DNA from: Deltaproteobacteria bacterium
GTDB taxonomy: Bacteria > Myxococcota_A > UBA9042 > PHBI01
Reading direction: 5' to 3'
Length of the DNA: 64,000 bases
Assembly (NCBI GenBank): GCA_006226565.1
Contig: SBGO01000356.1
Location: forward strand, 748 to 64,747
The notes below the pieces were generated by a model. The model ran no database searches and had not been told where the DNA came from. It saw nothing but the letters and a program-made list of their open reading frames with translations. A program made the position numbers and the translations under genes. Of the stretch, positions 46,730-55,700 are shown piece by piece (within the stretch, counting starts at the first letter, position 1; each line of letters starts with the position of its first letter).

Positions 46730-46972
46730 GTGAAGTTCACCAAGCACGGCACCCGAGTCTCCCGCGCCCTGATCGACGTGATCGCGGCCGCGGTAGCTGA
46801 TGGCGCCACGCCCGAGGACCTCCGCGAAGCGGTGGCGATGGCGGTGGCCCTGGTCGTTCGCGACGAGGACGAGCTCGACCGCGTCATGATGATGGTCGAC
46901 GAGCTCCGCACGCTTCACCTGGCCCTCCGAACGGGCGGCTTCCCGGTCTGGGTCAGACGCGGCGAGGCGTAG
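46730..46972 (+). CDS. Small hypothetical protein
   Basis: AAGGAGG RBS, GTG start. Confidence 0.6.
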   Translation: MKFTKHGTRVSRALIDVIAAAVADGATPEDLREAVAMAVALVVRDEDELDRVMMMVDELRTLHLALRTGGFPVWVRRGEA

Positions 46973-47143
46973 GGCGGAGCGCGGCGCCGCCGTTGTGGGC
47001 GTCCGCGCGTACCTATGTCAGAGCAATTGCAGCATTCGGGGTGTAGGATGGGCTCCCGCCTCTCCTGAGGGGGCACCGGATTCGCGGGTAGTCTGGTGGG
47101 GTTCTTCGTGGTTGCGCTGCACAGCGCGTAGAGGTTCGAGCTC

Positions 47144-50044
47144 ATGGTTCGCCGCCACCCCGGGTCCGTACTTCCCTGTTCGCTCCTCTTCTGGATGGCT
47201 GTCGTCACTTCGGCCGGCGCTTTGCTCGGCGCGTGCGGCGCAGACACCGCGGCCGTGAACGACGTGAGCTGGAGCGACGACGTCGTGCCCGACACCGGCG
47301 TGTGCGCGACGTGCGACGCCGTCGACGCCGGGGATGCCGGCGCCGATGCCGACGCCCCCGTGGTCGGGGACGACGCCGACGTGCCCGTACAGACCGCCGA
47401 CACCGCGGTCGCGGAGGACGCTGGCGAGACGGACGCGACCGCGAGCGGTGACGACGCCGACGTCGCGATGGACGCTGGCGAGGCGGACACGACCCTCGAG
47501 GACACGGACAGCGACAGCCTCGACGCCGACGCCGGCCTCCCGGAGGACGCCGATGCGCTGCCCGAGGACACGAGCCCCGCCGACACCACGACGGGCCCCG
47601 CCGACACCACGACGAGTCCCGCCGACACCACGACGGCCGACACCACGCAAGACACGACGCCGGCCTGTCAGGACGAGTGCGCCGTCGACGCGACCGAGTG
47701 CGTCGACGGTCAGCTCCGCACCTGTGGCGACTTCGACGGCGACCCCTGCCGGGAGTGGTCCCCCCTCGCGGCCTGCCCAACCGGCCTCGTCTGCGACCCC
47801 GACACCGACACCTGCCGTGAGCCCTGCGGCGACTTCTGCGATCCGTTCTCCGTCATCCTGCTCCCCGACACGCAGAACTACACGAATCTCCAGCCGAACA
47901 ACGCGAGCAACACCTACCGGAAGCAGACGAAGTGGGTCGTCGACCACCGCGACTCCCACGCCATCCAGTTCGTCATCCACCTCGGCGACATCACCAACAA
48001 CAACACCCCCGAGCAGTGGGAGGTCGCCGACGCCGCCCACGCCCTCCTCGACGCCGCCGGCGTCCCCTACAGCGTCACGACCGGCAACCACGACTACGAC
48101 CGCGGCGACGGGCTCGACCGCGGCAGCAGCCTCTTCAACGACTACTTCGGCCCGAGCCGCTTCGCCGGCCGCCCCTGGTACGGCGGCTCGATCGGCTCGA
48201 GCAACGTCAACAACTACGCGTTCTTCGAGGTCGGCCCCATGAAGTTCATGGTCCTGAGCATCGAGTACGCGCCCCGCAAGCAGACCCTCTGCTGGGCCGA
48301 GGAGATGATCGCCGCCCACCCCGACCACCGCGTCATCATCGCCACCCACTGCTACATCGGCCGCAGCGGCGCCTACATCACCAGCTGCCCCACCGACGAC
48401 TACAACACCGTCGGCGCCGACGGCGCGACCATCTGGGAGGAGCTCGCCTCCCGCCACAGCAACGTCTTCCTCGTCGTCGCCGGCCACACCGGCGCCTCCA
48501 AGCACAAGACCACGACCGGCAACACCGGCAACACCGTCCACGAGCTCGTCGTCGACTACCAGTTCGAGGGGCCGTGCGCCGCCTCGACCGCCGCCGCCTG
48601 CACCAACAACTGCCGCGCCGGCGGCCACACCGGCAACGGCTGGATGCGCGAGCTCGTCTTCGACCCGCGCACCAACCGCGTCGCCGGCCACACCTTCACC
48701 GTCGAGGACGGCAACACCAGCCTCTTCCCCGGCGGACACCCGACCTTCTTCTGTAGCCCCCTCTTCGCCCCCCCCGACCCCGACGCCTCCGGCGGGAACT
48801 ACTACCCCTCCGACCCCACCGCCTCCGCCCACGAGTTCAGCTTCGCCTACGACATGGCCGCCGCGCCCCAGGGCCTCTCCGACGACCTCGGCGACCACGC
48901 CTTCCTCGACCAGGTCATCAACGGCGTCGGCGCCGGCAACCAGCTCCGCCCCCGCGTCGCCATGGACGGCACCGGCCGCTTCGTCGCCGTCTGGGAGGAC
49001 GACTCCTCCTCCGCCGACGGCGCCGGGAACCACGACATCCGCGCCCGCGGCTTCGCGCCCGGAGGGTGCGTCGACGACCCCGACTTCACCGTCAACCCCG
49101 ACACCGACGGGCAGCAGCAGACGCCGTCCGTCGCCATGGACGCCGCCGGCAACTACGTCGTCACCTGGGCCGACGACAAGGACGGCAACGGCGCCTTCCA
49201 GATCTACGCCCGCGGCTTCTACGACGACGGCACCCAGCGGTTCCCGCGCTTCACCGTCAACAGCGCCGCGACCGGTCAGCAGCTCCACCCCGTCGTCGGG
49301 ATGGCCCCGGACGGCCGCTTCGTCGTCGCCTGGGAGGACGACCCGGAGCGAGACGGCACCTACCAGGTGCTCATGCGCGGCTTCAACGCCGACGGCACCG
49401 AGCGCTTCTCGGACCGGAACGCGCGCAGCACCACCGACGGGGACGCGCGGCGCCCCGCCGTCGCCCTCGACGACGCCGGCAACTTCGTCGTCGCGTGGGA
49501 GGACGACACGGACGGCAACGGGGGCTACCAGATCCACGCCCGCGGGTTCTCGGCCAACGGCGCCCAGCGCTTCGCGCGGCTCACCGTCAACAGCGTTGCC
49601 AAGGGGCAGCAGCGCGAGCCGACCCTCGGCCTGGCCGGCAACGGCGACTTCGTCGTCGCCTGGGAGGACGACCCCGAGAGCGACGGCCACAGCGTCATCC
49701 TGGCCCGCGCCTTCCACGCCAACGGGAGCGAGAAGGTCGCCGACTTCACCGTCTCCGCCGCCACCGGCGTCCAGGTCGACCCGGAGGTCTCCGTCGCGCC
49801 GAGCGGCGCCTTCGTCCTGACCTGGGCGGCCGACTTCGACGACAACGGCGTCTTCCAGATCCACGCCCGGGGCTACGCCGCGTCCGGCGCCCAGCTGCTC
49901 CCGCGGTGGACCGTGAACCGCGACGCCTCCGGCGCACAGGACCGACCGCACGTCGCGCTCAACGACGACGGGACGATGGTCTTCGTCTGGGAGGACGACA
50001 TCGACGGCAACGGCTACACCCAGATCCTCGGGCGCGGCCTATAG
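47144..50044 (+). CDS. Lipoprotein metallophosphoesterase with D/T-rich linker, Cys-rich domain and C-terminal repeats
   Basis: LLGAC lipobox; PDTQ, HLGD, GNHD, ATH, AGH motifs; repeated P.VAM...G.FVV.WEDD units. Confidence 0.88.
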   Translation: MVRRHPGSVLPCSLLFWMAVVTSAGALLGACGADTAAVNDVSWSDDVVPDTGVCATCDAVDAGDAGADADAPVVGDDADVPVQTADTAVAEDAGETDATASGDDADVAMDAGEADTTLEDTDSDSLDADAGLPEDADALPEDTSPADTTTGPADTTTSPADTTTADTTQDTTPACQDECAVDATECVDGQLRTCGDFDGDPCREWSPLAACPTGLVCDPDTDTCREPCGDFCDPFSVILLPDTQNYTNLQPNNASNTYRKQTKWVVDHRDSHAIQFVIHLGDITNNNTPEQWEVADAAHALLDAAGVPYSVTTGNHDYDRGDGLDRGSSLFNDYFGPSRFAGRPWYGGSIGSSNVNNYAFFEVGPMKFMVLSIEYAPRKQTLCWAEEMIAAHPDHRVIIATHCYIGRSGAYITSCPTDDYNTVGADGATIWEELASRHSNVFLVVAGHTGASKHKTTTGNTGNTVHELVVDYQFEGPCAASTAAACTNNCRAGGHTGNGWMRELVFDPRTNRVAGHTFTVEDGNTSLFPGGHPTFFCSPLFAPPDPDASGGNYYPSDPTASAHEFSFAYDMAAAPQGLSDDLGDHAFLDQVINGVGAGNQLRPRVAMDGTGRFVAVWEDDSSSADGAGNHDIRARGFAPGGCVDDPDFTVNPDTDGQQQTPSVAMDAAGNYVVTWADDKDGNGAFQIYARGFYDDGTQRFPRFTVNSAATGQQLHPVVGMAPDGRFVVAWEDDPERDGTYQVLMRGFNADGTERFSDRNARSTTDGDARRPAVALDDAGNFVVAWEDDTDGNGGYQIHARGFSANGAQRFARLTVNSVAKGQQREPTLGLAGNGDFVVAWEDDPESDGHSVILARAFHANGSEKVADFTVSAATGVQVDPEVSVAPSGAFVLTWAADFDDNGVFQIHARGYAASGAQLLPRWTVNRDASGAQDRPHVALNDDGTMVFVWEDDIDGNGYTQILGRGL
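47577..47648 (+). repeat. Coding tandem repeat (21-bp period; PADTTT)
   Basis: GCCGACACCACG repeated four times. Confidence 0.7.
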
Positions 50045-50068
50045 CCACGGCTCCGGTCGACGGCCGGC

Positions 50069-51352
50069 CTACCAGGACGAGCTGGCCCCGCCGCCGCCCG
50101 AGGAGCCGCCGCCGCCGGACCACGAGCTCGAGCTCGAGCTGCTGCTCGACCAGGACGAGGACGACGACGACGAGTACGAGCTCGACGAGGAGCGGTAGCT
50201 CGACCCCGACGAGCTCCCGCCGCTGCTCGGCGCGCCGGCGCCCGCCACCAGGCCGGCCCAGAAGCCGGTGGTCGCGAGCGCCACGAGCGCATAGCCGTAG
50301 ACCTCCTCGGGGAGGGTGATGAGGTTGCCCGTGGCGTGGGCGACGGCCGGGTCCGGCGCGCCCGCGCCCTGGAACAACGCGTAGACCAGCGCGCCGACCC
50401 CGGCGGCCGAGGGGATGAGCCAGAACCAGCGCCCGATGGGCATGTGCTGCCACAGGGCGACGCCGATGAGGCCGATCAGGACCCAGCACATCCACGCGAC
50501 GAACCACGCGAACGGCGCCCCCATCCCGGGGTGGGCGAGGATCATCACCAGCACCGGCGCGACCACGAAGAGCGCCAGGGTCTCGAAGATGGTGCGGAGG
50601 CGCTGGGCGCTCGCGCGGACCGCCGCTTCTTCGACCCCGGGCAGGTCGGGTACGACCGCCGCGAACCCCTTCTTCTTCTTCTTCTTCTTCTGCTGCTTCG
50701 CCTGCCGCTTGGCGTGGGCGGCGCGGCGGGAGGCGGCGTCGAGGCGCGCCAACCACGTCGCGCCGCCGGCCAGGGCGACGAGCATCATCCCCAGGTAGAA
50801 CCACGGGCTCCGCGAGAGCGGCGCCCCGATGGGGGCGGCCGGGGTGATGTCGTCGGTCGCCGCCCAGACGGCGTCGATGAGCTGGATCGAGGCGTCGGCG
50901 TAGCGCGCCTCGCGCAGCAGCGGCCGCAGGTCGACGAGCATGTCGAGCGCCATGCCGTCGGAGATGTGGCCTTCGAGCCCGTAGCCCACCTCGAGGCGGT
51001 TGGCGCGGTCGTCGATGGCGAGGACGAAGAGCGCGCCGTCGTTGCGCTCCTTCGAGCCGCCGCCCCAGGCGCGGAAGACGCGGTTGGTCCAGTCGTCGAT
51101 GGGGGCGTCGGTGGAGTCGACGATCACGACCGCGAGCTGCACGCCGGTGGCCTCGCGGTAGGCGACCAGGCGGGCGGCGACGCGCTCCTCCTCGGCGGGG
51201 GTGAGGACGCCCGCGAGATCGGTCACCGGCGTCGTGATGGTGACGTTGTGAACGGCGTGGGCGCCAGGCGTCGCGGCGAGCCAGGCGACGCCGAAGACGA
51301 GCAGCGCCACGACCGGATGGGCGAGGGCGCGTCGGGTGCGGGGCGCGGTCAC
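50069..51352 (-). CDS. TPM (DUF477) domain membrane protein with Ser/Gly-rich tail
   Basis: VTDLAGVL, QLAVVIV, NDGALFVLAIDDR..RLEVGYGLEG, GGGGSSGGGGASSSW. Confidence 0.9.
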   Translation of the reverse strand: MTAPRTRRALAHPVVALLVFGVAWLAATPGAHAVHNVTITTPVTDLAGVLTPAEEERVAARLVAYREATGVQLAVVIVDSTDAPIDDWTNRVFRAWGGGSKERNDGALFVLAIDDRANRLEVGYGLEGHISDGMALDMLVDLRPLLREARYADASIQLIDAVWAATDDITPAAPIGAPLSRSPWFYLGMMLVALAGGATWLARLDAASRRAAHAKRQAKQQKKKKKKKGFAAVVPDLPGVEEAAVRASAQRLRTIFETLALFVVAPVLVMILAHPGMGAPFAWFVAWMCWVLIGLIGVALWQHMPIGRWFWLIPSAAGVGALVYALFQGAGAPDPAVAHATGNLITLPEEVYGYALVALATTGFWAGLVAGAGAPSSGGSSSGSSYRSSSSSYSSSSSSSWSSSSSSSSSWSGGGGSSGGGGASSSW

Positions 51353-51936
51353 CAGCCACCTCCCTCGTTCGAGAGCGGCACCTGCGGCGGCAGGCCGCGG
51401 AGCGTCGCCCAGAGCGCGCCCGGGAAGCCGTCGACGCGCTGGTTGTAGGCGGTGGCCGCGGCGTCGTAGTCGCGGCGCGCGATGCGCACGCGGTTCTCGG
51501 CGCCGGCGAGCTCGGCGGCGGCCTGCTCGCCGGCGGCGGCGTCGAAGGTCGCTCGGGTCGCGCGCTGGCGGTCCATCACGTTGACGACCTGGGCGCGCTG
51601 CTGCAGGACGGCGTGGTGGGCGTCGGCGACGGCGCCGCAGTCGACGAAGGCGAAGAGGCCGACGAGGGCGACCGCGGTGAGCGTGCCCCAGGTCCACAGC
51701 TGGCGTCGGCGACGGCGGGCGGCGCCGGCGGCGAGGGCCGCCGTGCGCCGGCGGCGGAGCTCGGCGATCGCCGGGCCGACGTATTGCTCGGGGATGTCGA
51801 GGTCGCGCGCGACCTCGTGGAGCTCCTCCACGCTGAGGCGCTCGGAGTCGACGGCCTGCAGCTCGGCGGCGACGCCGATGATGTCGTCGACGTCCTCGTA
51901 GTCGATGTCGCGCCTCGGGCGCAGCGCGGGGCTCAT
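51349..51936 (-). CDS. LemA-family protein with N-terminal extension
   Basis: AQV.NV.DRQ, ELAGAENRVRIARRDY..A..AYN..V.GFPG. Confidence 0.8.
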   Translation of the reverse strand: MSPALRPRRDIDYEDVDDIIGVAAELQAVDSERLSVEELHEVARDLDIPEQYVGPAIAELRRRRTAALAAGAARRRRRQLWTWGTLTAVALVGLFAFVDCGAVADAHHAVLQQRAQVVNVMDRQRATRATFDAAAGEQAAAELAGAENRVRIARRDYDAAATAYNQRVDGFPGALWATLRGLPPQVPLSNEGGGW

Positions 51937-52397
51937 CGGTGATCTCCGGAGGGCGGCGCGCCTTGGGTCACGCGGTTGGGGAGCTCGTCGCCGTGGACGT
52001 CCTCGCCCGGGGCCGCCTCACAGAGCAGCGCGCCGACCTCGGTCAGCGCCTCCTCGAGGCCGGCGGCCGGGTCGCCGCCCGCGAACCCGCGCGCCACGGC
52101 GTCGGTCACGCCCTTCCAGAAGCCGGGCGCGCCGGCCCCGTGCACCCCGGGGCCGGCGAAGACGGCCGCCTTGCGGTCCTCGAGCGCGACGTACAGGAGG
52201 ACGCCCGTGCCCTCCGCGGTGCGCTCGAGCCCGAGGGCGGTGAAGAGCTCGGCCGCGCGGGCGAGCGGCCCGTCGCCCGGGTAGCGCTCCTCGACGTGGA
52301 CGGCGATTTCACCGCGGTGCCCGCGCTCGGCCGCGCCGATGGCCGCGACGACCCGGCGCTCCACGGCGCGGCTCAACAGTCGACGGGATTGCCACAT
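51933..52397 (-). CDS. Small TPM-domain protein
   Basis: AIGAAE..H.GEI.VHVE, RA..LF..LG...T..GTGVLLY, DELPN. Confidence 0.88.
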   Translation of the reverse strand: MWQSRRLLSRAVERRVVAAIGAAERGHRGEIAVHVEERYPGDGPLARAAELFTALGLERTAEGTGVLLYVALEDRKAAVFAGPGVHGAGAPGFWKGVTDAVARGFAGGDPAAGLEEALTEVGALLCEAAPGEDVHGDELPNRVTQGAPPSGDHR

Positions 52398-52609
52398 GGC
52401 GCGACGATCTCACGTTCGTCCGCGCCCAACAACCCGCCCCACTGCGGCGCGGTGTCACGGCGGTCCAGGGCTCGCGGGAGGTCCGCGTCGCGCCCTGTCC
52501 GCGGTGCGTGCTCGTCCCGGCAGCGCGATCCATGGTGCGCCGCATTGCGCAAAAGGTCGTTTTCTCATGGCTTATTGTCGGGCACGGGCGCGCCGGCGTG
52601 TTGCGCATG

Positions 52610-52625
52610 CGGCATGGGCGCTGCT
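52610..52625 (+). promoter_or_regulatory. Putative sigma54 promoter for the giant protein gene
   Basis: CGGCATGGGCGCTGCT fits GG-N10-GC, ~95 bp upstream of ATG 52720. Confidence 0.35.
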
Positions 52626-52719
52626 AGTCTTCAGGCGCGGGCACACAGCTGAACTCTCTCCTTGCCATGTCGACCTGGAGCGGCGACGGCCGGTACCGCG
52701 TCATGGCCGGGAGCTGCCC

Positions 52720-55700
52720 ATGAAGCCAGCGCACGTCACCGTCGTCACGAGCCTCTTGCTCGTCGCCGCGGTGAACGGGCCGGCCCACGCCGCGAACGAC
52801 GCGCTGTGCGGGGCGACCCTCACCGAGAGCCTCACGCTCACCGCGGACATCGACTGCACCGGCTACACCGGGACGGCCCTCACCATCGGGGCGGACGGGG
52901 TCGTCATCGACGGCAACGGCCACCGCCTGCTCGCCCCGGACGCCGCCTACGCCATCTTCTCCAGCGCCTTCGACGACCTGACCGTCCGCAACCTCGACGT
53001 GGCCGGCTGGTGCGGCGGCGTAGGCGTCTACTTCGTCAACGGCACCGGGCTGACCCTCGAGAACGTCCACGCCGATGGCCGCACGACCGGCTTCTCCATC
53101 AGCGGCGCCACGGACGTCACCCTGCGCCACCTCACGGCCGACAGCGCGAAGACCTACGGGCTCGCGCTGACGAGCGTCACCCTCCCGCTGCAGATCGAGG
53201 ACGTCCGCCTCACGAACGCCGGGACCGGGCTCTATCTCGCCACGATCACCGGCCCCCTCACCCTCGACGCGATCGCCTTCCCCGACCTCCGGGGCGACGA
53301 CACCAGCATCAACCTCGCCGCCAACGTCCACGACGTCACCTTCGACGGGCTCGTCCTCGACGGGGCGGCCTACGGCGTCACGGCCAGCTCCGTCACCAAC
53401 AGCGGCCTCGTCTTCCGGGACGTCGACGTCTCCGGCACCAGCGGCGCCGGCTACGGGCTCTACCTCGGCGGCAGCCAGCAACGCCTCGAGCGCGTCACCG
53501 CCGACCGGCGCGCCTACGGGGTCTACACCACCGGGGTCAGCGACCTCGCGCTCGACGACGTCCGGGCGGCCGGCGCCACCAACGACGGCATCTACCTCGC
53601 GAACACGGTCGCCCCGCTCACGCTCCGCAAGATCTCGGTCCCGAACTGCGACTACGGGCTCTACATCAGCGGCTACGAAGCGCCGATCGGCTCCCCGCTC
53701 GTCATCGACAGCTACGTGCCGGCGACCGAACTCGGCGTCCTCGCCGATACCTCCGGCTGTGACGCGCCGCTCCTCCTCATCAACGTGCAGCACGCCTCGG
53801 TCGGCGACCCTCCGACCGCCCCGCCGCTCCGCCTCGACGGCGCCACGTACGGCATCCACGCCTACAGCACGACCAACGCGGACCTCACCTTCCGCCACCT
53901 CGACCTGAGCGGCCGGGACGGCACCGGCACCGGCCTCTACCTCGCCGGCAGCCAGCTCACCGTCGAGGACGTCGCCACCGACCGGCGCAGCATCGGCTAC
54001 GACATCCGCCTGGCGGCCGACGTCACCCTGCGCGACGTCCGCGCCGACAACTGCGCCACCACCGGGCTGTCGCTCACCACCATCACCCCGCCGCTCGTCC
54101 TCGAGCAGCTCGCGCTCGCGAACAACTCCCGCGGCCTCCTCATCAACGGCCTCGCCTCACCGGTCGGCGCCCCGCTGGACCTCGGTCCGTGGGTCGACGG
54201 CGTCGGCGGGGCGATCGCGGCCATCGGCGGTGCCGACGTCTCGGTCGCGCTCAGCAACGTCCAGAACGTGCTGGTCCACGACCTCGTCCTCGACGGCCGC
54301 AGCAACGGCCTCGACGCCTACGTCGCGTCGAACACCGGGATCCGCGTCGTCGATGTCGACGTCTCCGGGTACCACGCGGGCCGGGGCGTGATTCTGGCGG
54401 GCTCGGGGCACGAGCTCACGCGCGTGACCGCCGACAACCGCGCCAACGGCATCTACCTCGTCACGGCCAGCGACGTCGCCATCACCGACCTCACCGCGCG
54501 CCGCTGCGCCGAGGCGCTGAAGTTCCTCGCCTACACCACCGCCCAGACGCCGCCGACCCTGTCGGGGCTGACCCTCACCGACAACTCCACGGCGCTCACC
54601 TACGACACCGTCAACGCCCCGTGGACCCTCGACGGCGCCGCCGCCGGGCTGAACGTGAGCGGGTCCCGGACCGGCCTGGCGATCACGAAGTCGAGTCAGC
54701 TCACCTTTCAGAACGCGAGCTTCCCCGCCGAGGGTGTCACCGGCATCAGCGTGGGCGCCACCAACTCGGCGCTCACCTTCGACACCGTCGACGTCAGCGG
54801 CCACGGCGCCGGCAGCGGCATGCTCATCGCGAGCGGCGCGGACTTCACGCTGACCGACGTGACCGCCAACCACCGCTCCATCGGCGTCCGCGCCACCGGC
54901 ACGAGCAACCTCGTCGTCACCAACCTCGTCGCTCGCCACAACGCGAGCTACGGGCTGCTCCTCGAGCAGTCGAGCGCGGCTTCGGGCCACATCGCCCCGA
55001 CCCTGTCCGGCCTCGATCTCCGCGACAATGACGTCGCCCTCTACCTCGGCGGGTGGTCGCTCCCGATCACCCTCGACGGCGCGACCAGCCTCGGCCTCGA
55101 CACCACCGGAAGCGCCACCGGCGTCGCCCTCGCCGGCGCCTCCGACGTGACCCTCGCCCACCTCACCCTCGACAACGTCGCCTTCGGGGTCGACGTGCGC
55201 ACCAGGAGCGACCGCCTCACGATCGCCCACGTCGACGTCTCGGCGCACGGCCGCGGCACCGGCCTCCGGCTCGGCGTCAGCACCAGCGGCACGAGCCGCG
55301 CCGGCGTCGATCTGGTCCTCACGGACGTGACCGCCAACCGCCGCCTCACCGGCGTCGCGACCATCGGCGCCGACAACCTCCTCATCGACGGCCTCACCGC
55401 GACCGGCAACAAGACGGCGGGGCTGTCCATCACCGACAGCACCGCGGACGCCGGGCTCGTGCTCCGCGATCTCACCCTCTCCGACAACGGCACCGGCCTG
55501 AGCCTCACCACCGTCAGCGGCACCGCCGTCAACCCGGTCGTCATCGATCCCTTCGACGGCACGAGCGGCGCCATCACCGACCTCTCCGGTTGCGACACCG
55601 GGATCTACGTCGTCGGGTCGAGCGGGCTGACCTTCACCGGCCTCGCGATCGACGGCGTCGACTACGGCATCAACGCCGCCGGCGGGGCCACCGACCTGAC

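Noticed and set aside
46972..47144. A further att copy closing a tandem island at 40420-47000
   Set aside because: No tRNA 3'-end copy found by eye, so the boundary of this accessory block is unsupported.
47018..49951. 977-aa minus-strand ORF
   Set aside because: Antisense shadow of the metallophosphoesterase gene, as expected in high-GC DNA.
50669..50690. (TTC)7 microsatellite as a phase-variation switch
   Set aside because: Triplet repeat encoding poly-Lys; slippage would keep the frame.
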